From the NCBI GenBank assembly GCA_964276515.1, contig OZ193909.1:2542001-2606000 (forward strand): a DNA stretch of 64,000 nucleotides. The letters run 5' to 3'. This DNA is from Gordius albopunctatus (lineage: Eukaryota). Position numbers and translations under genes: made by a program. Under the pieces are notes generated by a model. The model searched no databases and was not told the DNA's origin. It saw nothing but the letters and a program-made list of their open reading frames with translations. Shown piece by piece: positions 13,596 through 25,000 of the stretch (position 1 is the stretch's first letter; each line of letters opens with the position of its first letter).

Positions 13596-14204
13596 TGAAT
13601 TTTAAAATTGTGCCATTATGAGTTGAATCATATATCTTCGCAGACTAATGATTAAATATTGTCTTAACAGTTAGAGAGGCTCTAGAAAAAAATCCTTCGG
13701 TAGGCACAGAAATTGTTTATATGCTTCAAAAATCTTTAGAAATTTTAGCCGAATTCATATAAGCTTGTTTGATTAACTATTTAAAATGTGATTTCATCAG
13801 GGAGGATGGTGTAATTTTTGCGAAATTTTAAGATGTTTTAGCATTTACTTCTTTCTCAGAACTCATATTTTATTTTCATAATAAATTAATGTTTAGGATA
13901 AAAATATGTAATAAATAGATTAAAAAATTATTTGCAAACCCTAAGGGCTACTCATATTTTATTGAACAAGCTAAAATTATTAAATTCCAGATTTACGCGG
14001 ATATATTAATAAAACTTGAGTGTTTAAAAATATCCAATATTAAATAAATCTCAATTATATTAATTTACATTTAGCGTCCTATATGTGAATCATGCAAAAA
14101 CGAAATTTACTTTATATGATATTGATGGCCAATTGAATAATTTTAAGCCGAGATCTTAAATATAAAATCTCGTCTAAAGAGATTTTTATCGGTTCGCATC
14201 ACTA
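13596..14204 (-). mobile_element. Older relative of the 10966-13587 hAT element (one end plus a degenerate dimerisation domain)
   Basis: Minus strand ~13620-13770 reads degenerately as SAKISKDF*SI*TISVPTEGFFSRASLTVK. The end at 14146-14204 (AAGCCGAGATCT..TATAAAATCTCGTCT..CGCATCACTA) resembles 13506-13587. The other end was not located. Confidence 0.65.
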
Positions 14205-15544
14205 GCCAGCAGGCCCTATTTTATAAAATTAACTTTGCAGACTTTATAAATCCCTTTATTAAACCATTTGAATTATATTAATATTTGAATTAGATCATCA
14301 ATCTTTATTGTAGAAATAGCACACTCAGTTTAATGATTTCAACATTAAAGAATGTATGAATTAAGGTCTGAAAACACTATAAAATCATCATCTATTTTGA
14401 GTAATAATTATTCCTATATTATTAATAAGCTTTTCTCTAGTAGTATTAACACTCTCAATCTAAAAACAAGGTTAAGTAAGTTTAAAAACCATGTTAGACC
14501 ATTAGAAAAAATATTAATTATCTTTATTGTAGTGTCCTACACCCCCTTACGCTTCACCCCCTTAAGTCGCTATCCAAAAATTTATATATTCGTCCCCCCC
14601 CACAAATACACTTATAGTTAGTTATACGCGTTCCTGTTTATGATGATTCATATTTTTTAGTATCTCTATGATAAAAATAGATACGTTTATTATTACCCAT
14701 CTTGATTTTAGGGATTATTTTTAAAATCGCTTACACGCAGATATATTTTCTTCTTCTTTTTTTGTAGTGAATAAATTCATGAAAAATGTAACATTCGAAT
14801 AGCGGATATTATCACGCGTATATTTTTGTCGCCACGCTTAGATAAATAAATTATTATTCCGTTGGAACTTGACTACGGAATTACCTTTTACTTAAATAAA
14901 TCCTTGAAATTCTTATACGAGGATTTAGAATTTATAACTAAAATTTTGCAAGTTGAGGTAGCTTTTTAGATAAAAAAAAATTATTTTTATTTTAAAACAC
15001 GCACTACAGACTAAAATTTCTGTGCAATTTGAATTAGAAGGAATTAATTATTTATAAAGGCGCTACACTAACAAGCAAGAGTCTTATTAATATTAATTTG
15101 TTTTAAAAAAAAATTCAAATTTTTTAATATAATTTTTTGTCAAAGGAGGGGGGGGGAGCGGGACAAGGTTCTAGTCAACCCCCCCCCCCATCTTGCCTAC
15201 CACTCATGTCATAGTCGATTGCAATACATTTTGTTATTATTCATAGGCTCGTAGAAATGTTGGGGCAGTCATTTACCTTTGTTTTGGGGTCTGCAAAGAG
15301 ATATTATCGTAAACCAAGTCTATGATATTTACAAGCGAAAAATCTTAATGCTTTTGCCGTTAAATTTTATCATGGGCGTAGCCAGCATTGAAATTAGAGG
15401 GGGGCAATAACGATTTGGGGAGAGGAAAAATGATAATTTTTCAAAATTTTAGCCATAATTTAAATTAATGTCAACAACTTTTTGGATTTAGATAGGGGCA
15501 TGCAATCTAAAACCTACTTAAAATTAGCCTAATAAAAACCATGA

Positions 15545-15670
15545 TTCGGAATTAAAGGCGGATGTGAGGCAGCCAGCCATGCTGGCCGGATCACACTCCA
15601 AAATATTCCCACCGAGTCCTGCTTTGTTAAATTAGATTTTGCCAATGCTTTTAACTGCATTCGAAGAGAA
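15545..15670 (+). pseudogene. Non-LTR retrotransposon reverse-transcriptase fragment (CRE-like)
   Basis: Translates as FGIKGGCEAASHAGRITLQNIPTESCFVKLDFANAFNCIRRE, matching the GCEAAxH...KLDFxNAFN RT segment. Confidence 0.75.
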
Positions 15671-15838
15671 ACTTCAGACCGTAGGAATTACTTACGTAAT
15701 TTGTTGATGAGCTGTAGGTTAACAGGCAAGGCAATATTACCGGTTGGAGAAAACGAGTAATCAATAATGAGTTACATTTAATTCTATGTTTATACAAGAT
15801 CACTTTCGATTAGTTGCGAATTAGGCTTTGGTAAACAT

Positions 15839-18800
15839 ATGCTTGAAATGAATTTGTTTCAAAACCACGTTAAAAATTTTGAAAATATCGTGCAGATTGC
15901 CAAGGATAAAATATCACGAAATGTATTAAGTAAAATACTTTGTTTTAATGTACATACCATTGTAGTTAATGATAGAAGTAGAGATTTATCTGACATTGTC
16001 AAACATTTGGAAGAAGCTCAAGAATTAGTATTTTAAAAAAATGATATTTTAAATTTTGTTAGCTTGAACAGATAGAATTGGAAGTTAGAGATATGCCTTC
16101 AAATGAGAGGTATCAAATGGAACTCTATGTTACCCAAAACAAATCGCAATTGACACAATTAAATCAACAATATGTAACACATAATAAAATTAAATTTAAT
16201 CTATATTAATTATTTATTCAATAATTTGCACATTGTCATTATTTTTATCAATGACATTTCTTGATGAATGGTTACTGTATGCTTTAGATACAATATTTTT
16301 TAGATTATATATTTATTTATTAACTATGAAAATAATATTTTATGCTTAATATGCTTGGAAATTGGCTGTTTTTTCTCACTGTGTTACTACCCTTCTATAT
16401 AAATCAGTATATAAAATAATTTATCATCAGGCAATGCAAATAAATTAGATGTGTGGGCTTTTATTTTAGAAACTGAATTCGCTCCTGAATATAATTTAAA
16501 TTTTGGGTTTTATTTGTTTATATTTAATTTCTTATATAACTTAATGATAATTTATGTCTCACCATGTTTTTAGTTATAAAGTTTTAAAATAATATGGTCT
16601 AGTGTTTTTAAAAATAGGATATATTCAACAAATGGTTTACACTTGCATGCCCATTTAGTTTTTTAGGCTGTTAGATTGTTAAACCAAATTTCTTGGGGGT
16701 TTTGAATAAAATTAGATTTCCTTTTTAAATAGTTTTTTTTTAATTGTCAGTATTTCAAATGTCAGCTTATATGAACTTTTTAACCTTAGATAGTATTGAT
16801 AACATGGTAAAGCATAAGCATGTAGTTAAATTCTATTGTTGCTTTTTATAATGATTGTAAGATGAGAAATAAGCTTTATAAAGGTACGTCTGGATTAAAT
16901 ATTAAAAATAAATAAGTAAAATTACTTTTCTACATTTAAAAAATTTAATTTGGATTTCTTTTGTGCTACAGCTATAAAATTGTAAATGTTTTTTGAGTTT
17001 TTAAATAATACTCCCCCCCCTTTATGTTCGTACAACAAATAACTTAATATGTTTTCTCTAACATGTTATGTCATTTCCATGTTTTCATTTATTATTGCAG
17101 TTTTGATATGGGTTAGTTTTTTTCTTTTTAAAATAATTTGTTAAATTTTGTAGTTTTTCAAATTGTTTATTAATTTGCAAGATTTTTTCAATTCTGTAAA
17201 TTATATATTAAAGTCTTTAAGTAATTTGTAATTTATACCTTTTCAGATTACTATAAAATTTGTCTTCTGCATTGATATGAAATTAAACCGTCTAAAGGAC
17301 TTGAGAGTTCTACAAAACCAATAGTTGATTTTTCAGGGCCAATTAGAATCGATATTGGCCAAATTGTTTAAATTATATCAACTTGATTGTGAATGATCTA
17401 ATTTTGGTTAATAAATAATGTTTTTATTTGCCCATATTTTAGATCACCAGGTTAAATTCATTTATTAAAAATGGCCCCCCCCACCACCGAAACATTCCAT
17501 TATAATGTTATGTAAATAAAAATTGCCATTCTAATCCAAAAAATCTCAAAATTTTATTAAATTATGGGCAAAATTAAAAAAATATTGTTATTTTGCCCCG
17601 CCCCCCTCTAATTCGTGTTTTGGCTTCGCCCTTTAAAATTGTAAATTCAAATGTGAACGGTATTTATTTAAAACATTTAGAAAAATTTACGATCAGCCTC
17701 GTTGAGCAGATACACGACGAATGATATTCAACATGGTGACCACGATGAAGTATGAAAAAAAAAGAATCTTTAATTTATTTTTGGGCAATTAAATTTGATT
17801 GAATTTTTAGGTCGAATTAAAAACTATCAGCCGAAGCTTAAGTTTATGTTTACATTCATTAAGTTAATTAAAATTCCTTTTGTTTTTTTTAATCTCATCG
17901 CTTTAATTTGGACGCAAATTCAAATTTGACTCGTGAAAGGTAAAATATATCGTCAAATAAAATATTTTTAAATTGTATTTAAATATTGTGAATTTCTAAA
18001 ATTTGTTAATTAGTACAAAAAATGTTTGGTACCAATCACCATAGCTCTTATACATTTTATGTAGCTTTTGAATTTTTCCGCAAAAACCTTGATGTTCACC
18101 CCAAACTTAGTTTTATAAATTCTAACCTTTTAAGTAAGTCTATGGGAAAGTTATATCCCGTAAAAAATCACTATGACTAAATGTCAAAATAAAAATTTAT
18201 AAAACCAAAAATTTGTTCCTCCTCTCTGCATTGTTGGAACATTAATTATAAATGTTTTTTAGTTTGGATCAGAGGTCAGATTTGTTTGGAATTTTCTGCC
18301 CGAACCCGGCCCGGTCCAAATTTTTAACTAAATTATCCGGTCGGCCATGCCCGAACCATTAGAGCTGCCCGGCCGGATTAATAAAATTTTAAATCTAATT
18401 AAGAGCTAAGATCAAGCACGATATTTTATATAATAAAAAGATTTAAAAATATAAAGCTTAAAACCCAATGGACAGGTACAGCCTTTGCATAAACTTGGAA
18501 CGGTGCAAAAAAATTGGCCAGAGTTTTTTTTAGATATTATATCATCGCTGGCAAAACCAATAATAGCTCACACAATTTTAATTGATAAATGAAAAATTAT
18601 TTAAATTAGTATTACCTTTAGAATAAAAATTTGTATTATTTGAAGCAAAAGAAGAATGGTTGTTAATTAGTTATGTATTATAAAAATAGGTATAGGAATC
18701 AAAAAGGCTGAACCAAATTTTATTTGTTGCAAAAATTAATGAATTACAATGGGGAACACTTATGTGCGCACACATTGTGTGAAAATGGCATGAGGCGGGC

Positions 18801-21451
18801 TCTGTTTTAAGCCTGGACGGCACACATGTGTATTTATTGCGGACAATGAAATGGCTCCATAAATATGTTTGGGTATTGCCTAACTCTAATTTAATCCACG
18901 AGTTTTTAAACAAAAATAATTGCTTTGTAATGGAAGGCAGGGGGGGGGGCCTTGAAAACTTTAAACGACACTTTGCTCTTTGGAACGATTAACTTATCCT
19001 GATTCGTGCGCAAAACATTTCAACTTTTGTACGTTAATCGCTTTATAAATTTCATTGTTCGTGTGAATCATCAAAGATGTGATTTCAATATGATTACAAC
19101 AAACCCCTTTCTCCTAATCTCTAAACGACTTGGGGTCTCTTGGACCCCCCACCCGACCAACTCCTTACTTGAAACCCCCTGTAATTTTGCCTTACGTTTT
19201 TAGTTAGATTTATTATATCACATATTTCAGCATTCGAACCAATTCGAATTACGGTTTTTTTAAAGTGTAACATTTCTTTTATTTAGCGTCAAAAGTTGTT
19301 AGTCAACATGGAGAAACTTGATGAGTGCTCAGACCACCTCGACCACGGCTATAAGCTGGCGCTGGAGTCCGAAAAAGTTGGCTCCGCCATTTTGGATGAC
19401 CTAAAATCCCAACGGGAATCTCTGCAGAGATCTCACCAAAGAGTATGTATATTTTTTCTTAGTAGATGCGCCGACTTAACATAAAGAGACCGAAAAAACC
19501 TTTGGTTTGCTAATGTTTAGGCGACTAAACCCAAAGGTCGACCAAGCGAAATCCAGCCCTTTTTACAACACTACACGAGGAGAGACATAATTATATATTA
19601 TCATCAATTTCGGTGCAATTTATGATCCCATTCTTTGCTAGGAAGGACTGTCTTGTCTTGTCCAACTTTGTTGTTTGAATCTAATAAATATAATTCACCC
19701 CTTTAATTGTCTCAAAATTTGGGTGGTGATGGAACAAGATAATTTTGGCTCCTTATGCTGGAGTCGGTTTATTATATTATTTTGATAACCCAAGAAGGGT
19801 ACTATTTCGTTTTAATAATTTGCAACATTTCAAAAATTATGTGGATATTTACTAGTATTTCAATCGATATGCAAAGGCAGCCATTTTAGATTAAACTCTT
19901 GCCTCTGAAAAGACTCGTCCAAATCTTAAAAAGGTGGATACAACATCAGATTTATTACTCTTTAACCTTTTTAATGTGTCGTATTAAACGCAAGTTTTAT
20001 CGAAAATCCTAAAATTTAATGCTAATTAATTACATAATTTGCCCATGAACTGTAACTTGAATCCCGATTCAAGGCACTCCCTATTTTTGTAGCGATGCAA
20101 ACATGTTTAATACAAACACTTCGTTTAGAGTAAAACTTGGAGTTGTAAAATACCAAGGTTTTATTTGAAACAATATTCACATTTAAATATTTGAATCGCA
20201 AAAAATTATTGAGGTATATAGTTATGCATCGGGTTCCAATTAAAAAATTTTCAATAGCTGTTTGCTGTCACACTAAGGTGGTCAGCTTCTTTAGATATTT
20301 GGATAAGGGGTGATGCTCGGTTATCCAAGGCCTGGCAGCCGTGGTGGGTGACGATGTGATTTTTAATCTTTTTTGAAATAAGTGCCAGAGGCGGGATCGA
20401 ACCTGCGAGCTCTTGCTTCAAAGACTAAACCTCTAGCCACTACGCCCCACATCGGGTTTCAATTAGTGTTGTAAAAACGCCTGGGTTTAGTTTGCTTGAC
20501 CGTTGCTTTTAGTCGAGCAAAGATAAACAGACGGAACCCAAGCCGTTTATGATATAATTATAGGCAATTGCTCTCTTTTGTTGATTGATATCATCTTGGT
20601 TTATAATAGTTGAGAGATATGAACACGGATCTTGGGAAGAGTTCCAGAATACTGACCGGAATGATGCGTAGGTATTTTAGAAATGATTTTTCTCAAATGT
20701 TTATTAATTCTTACATTTTATACTTGGTCGAAGGCTTATTTTTATGTCATTTTTGCGCAAATTAACATTTACCAATTTATCTAAATGCCGATTTTTGAAT
20801 TTATAATGGAAAAATTGTCATTAAATATCGGACGTGTTTAAAACCATTATGGTCAGTTGACAAGCTTTAAATTTACCCTAATATATAATTAGCGAAAGCG
20901 TTTGTCATTTTTGGGTGTTTCCATTTTGTCTATTGTGTGAAATCAATGAGGTGTTATCGATCTATGATTGTAATTTCATTTGTAATATTTAGCATTATGA
21001 TTGTATAGTAAAAGTTTCATCGCGGAGAAAAATAGATTAAAACATGAAAAATGTATCAATATAAGGGAAAAAATAATCGGAACTTGCTTTTAGTTATGGA
21101 AAAAATAATATTTGGAATTTAATAAACTTTTAGGCTAAATTTGCGAAATTTTGTTTGTTAAACCTTGTGATAAATATAATTATCGTCGTCGCATTTAAAA
21201 TTTATTGTTGCAAGAATACTTGTTGTTAATACACCAAATCGCACATAAAATAATAATCGATATGCGAAAAAAACCTTTTTCCATCGATTGTTTACCATAA
21301 ATATAATTTACCGACTATTTTTTACTGAAGCTTCCTTTAATTTTATAAACATTTCAGAATCTTGCAAAATCGAATAGTGACAGGGGCGGTTGGTGTGTTC
21401 GTGCTTTTAGTCATCGTTATAACCATATGGCTCGCCAAGGAAAAAACTTGA
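15839..21451 (+). CDS. VTI1A: Vesicle transport v-SNARE VTI1A-like (Qb-SNARE)
   Basis: Exons 15839-15929, 15966-16027, 16063-16173, 17681-17749, [candidate micro-exons 17811-17841 and 19231-19253], 19287-19442, 20610-20671 and 21358-21451. Peptides HLEEAQELLEQIELEVRDMP, RQKLLVNMEKLD..HLDHGYKLALESEKVG and LRDMNTDLGKSSRILTGMMRRILQNR, then a C-terminal TM helix (IVTGAVGVFVLLVIVITIWL). AATAAA at ~21590. Confidence 0.92.
20243..20449 (-). mobile_element. tRNA-derived SINE
   Basis: The minus strand begins TGGGGCGTAGTGG (A box)...GGTTCGATCCC (B box), followed by a non-tRNA body. Flanked by a 16-bp TSD CATCGGGTT(C/T)CAATTA (20227-20242, 20450-20465). Confidence 0.85.
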
Positions 21452-22084
21452 CCGATCTCTCTTCTTCTAATTATCACCTAATCATTTAAATGAAATAATT
21501 TGTATAAGGATCCGTGCGACAAGAACTTGTACCTATTTGTATTTATATGTGTACATTTTGAATGCTTGCAGTATTTATGTATTTATAAAAATAAATCTTC
21601 AACGTGGTTTCGTCTTTTTAGTTTGTTGGGCTAAGGATATTTGCCCTTATATTGTGATTGTGGTGTCCATCCTCTAAATTTTCAATCTGCCATTACCCGT
21701 TAGAAAAGGGATTTTGTAAGTAGTCTTAGTGACTATATAATGGGATAATTTGAAAATGAATTAAATTTGTAGAAAACGTGATCAAACACTTTATATTTAT
21801 ATAAAAGTTTTAGATGGGAAAATGAAATTGCAAAATATTAAGTTTATCGAAATCCAAAATAGGTTATGTTTGAACCTAAAGGCGAATCGAATATGATATA
21901 GAATGGGAATAGTGCACAAAATCAAACTTTCAGACCTCGTATTTTATGTATATATTTCGTAGATAACTTTTCGTATATAACACGAGCTTAAAAACATCGT
22001 AACTAATGTATATAATATCGAGCAGCTGTTGTGGAACGAAAGCGAGAAAGGGCTAGAGTGTCACGTGATCAGTTCAGTCACGTG

Positions 22085-25000
22085 TCACGATGGAATGAGG
22101 GGGGTGATGGCGCGGAGGAGGGCGTTGAGCGCGACAATTCGTAACACGATCCAAACGGTACCCCGACCGAGACCCAGTGTAGAAATGGCTGCGGCCACGT
22201 CATCTTCGGGCAGTCTCATGAAAACTTCGGAAAGCTTCAGGACCGAGAGTAAGGGATCACTGGCAACGCTGATACCATGATTGTTGATTTGAGAGGATAA
22301 TGCCTGCATAGCCCTAACGCATTCCTAATTTAAACATCCCTTTCATTAGCCTTATTCATTCGTCGATTCATTTATTTAAATTCATTAAAAGCTTAATTTG
22401 ATAGTAGTGTTGTAAAAACTGCCGGGTTTTATTTGGTCGAGCTTTAGTTTTAGTTGAGTCAACATAAACAGGGACTAAAGGCATTTTGTTTCAAAACTAA
22501 TACTTAATAGACATTGAAATTCCTTGTAAAAAATAGTGTTGTAAAAACGGCTGGCTGGGTGTTGTTTGGTCGACCTTTCGGTTAAGGAAGACTTACGCTC
22601 GACTCTGGTCTATTTTACAAATTTCCACTAGGCATAGACGCCGACTAAGAAAAACAGACCAAAAAGGGTTTGTCAAATTTATGTAGTCGACCAAGTAAAA
22701 CCAAGCTGTTTTTAGCACACCAGCACTAGGGTAAAAGCGGTAGGGTTCGATCCAGATTTTCCCCCCGAACCAGGGCACATTTTCCCGAAATATCGGGTGC
22801 CATTTTTCTCTCCTCATTTTATCAATCCAATATCACCTCTTTTCTAAGACGCATTATATTACAAAGGAATGACAGTAAATGATATCAATGATAGGCATTC
22901 TATCTATGGTTGTCTCCTATCTCCGTTGTTTATATGTTTCTTTAAACCATTTTCGTAAAATTTTTTAATATTCTTAAACAACTCAAACTTGAAATGTCAA
23001 TCTTAGGATGAGTCATATAACTTTCATCGACCTTTCTTCCCTACAATAATGCATTTTTTTATTTAAATGACTCAAATACACTGGTCAACAAATATTGGAC
23101 TAAAATCAACCGGGAAACTGTTGCGGATTCTGGTAGAGGTGTTAAGGGTGAACAAAAATTGAAATATGTCCTAGATGGCATGTAAATTAGAGTTATTCTT
23201 ATTTGATTCACGGTTATCACCCCTGGTAAATCGGGCCCTCTTTACTTCACCCGAACCGGAATCGTATTTATAATCTTTATTTCAGCAATATATTTAAAAA
23301 AACTTGTGTGATTTGTTCATTCACCTCATTCGCCTATTCTAATTTATCCACTAATTTTCCCACATATTTAAGCAAAGCAACCATTGACAATTTAAAAACT
23401 TTATCCTCCTTATATGAATCCCCTTATCTTCCTACATTTATATCAACAATCTTGATTCATCTATTCATTCGTTAGTATCGTAAAAACAGCTGGGTTTAGT
23501 TTGGTCGACCTTTGGTCTTAGTCGACTAAACATATAAAGACCAAAGCTTTATGGTCTACTTTTCTGGCAGAACCAAAGGTTAAAAACCCAGTCCTTTTTG
23601 CAACGCTATCATTCATACATAAATATATTCGAGGATATTTATGAAGAGTACGTGTGTAACCTTATCACGGTATTTCAATCCTCTCGAGTCGTTTTGCATA
23701 GCTAATTTGGCTTCTATGACCACGTTGTCGGAGTATTTGAAGAAAATATCTAAGGCGCACCGCGTCTAAAATTAGAATAAATCTCTAGATTTATGCGATT
23801 TTTAACTGGAACAATTATTATTAAATGCTATGCAATTGATGGGCTCGCTTTTTGTTGTCCGTCCGTCCAACGTTCTGACTTGCTGGTTCGATACCCGGAG
23901 AGGACAAAATTTTTTTTAAATTAAATTAGTATATTGTTATTGTTAATACCATTGATAATATGACTTTTTGGCCGTCAGCTGGCTACTGACCAATCAAAAA
24001 ATGACCATTGGCCAAATTGTGATTCGAAATTTTTTTTGTTTTACTTTTCTAAAATATTTTTTGTCTAAACTATTGAGATCTACAAGTAATATTTAAATTA
24101 CAGCGTTTTTATTTAGTAATATTATCACTAAAAATTTTGAAAACCCTATAAAAATTTTATTAGTCTGTGTGAGCCCATTTAAATCAAAATTATATACAAT
24201 TAATTTGAAACTTAATATTATTACCTAAAATTGCTCTCAAAATAATCTCGCTATTTAGCATTTTTTTAAAATTTATGTTAGATAATTTATATATAGATTT
24301 AAGCTAATTCTAATATCATACTTTATTAAATTTCGTGCCCCTATCGGTGGTTAAAACATTTTGCATTCTTGGAATTAAATCATCAAAATCATCTTGAGTC
24401 ACCCTTTCTAATAACGAAAATTCTTGACTACTATACCCAATGGATATGTATAAACCTGAATTTTTTTTTGAAAAACAAACATTTGATTTATATAATAATT
24501 GAATATTTTTAAATTTTCAAAAATCATCTTCTTAAAAAATCTCAATTTGATCGACCCAAAGAATTAAAAATTAGAAATAATTTTATCCCTACAGAAAACT
24601 ATGGATCATCCGCCATTTTAAATGTGCAAAAACAAGTAAAGGTTATATAGATTTCGAGTGATTTTGGTTGATAAAGTACTACTTTTAAAACGTAACGATA
24701 AAAATAATTCATAAAAATATATATTTTACATAATTCATAAAAATAAAAAATTATGTGAAGTTAAAGCAATTTGGTGCAATCTGCAGTTTGTTAGATAATA
24801 ATCTGCTATTCACATTTTTTTATTTATTAACTAATGAGTAGTAGGGTAAACTCACATTTTCTGTTTAAATAATGGGGGACACTGCAGAAAACCATGGGAG
24901 ACTACCAAATCAAAATGGTGAATTTAATGGTACAGACTAGAGTTGTTAAATTGCTAAATTTCTTAAACTCCAGCTACCATCTGCTCGAGTTTCTGCTCGG

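Noticed and set aside
20375..20449. tRNA gene
   Set aside because: It has A/B boxes but continues into a repeated body with a TSD, so it is a SINE head.
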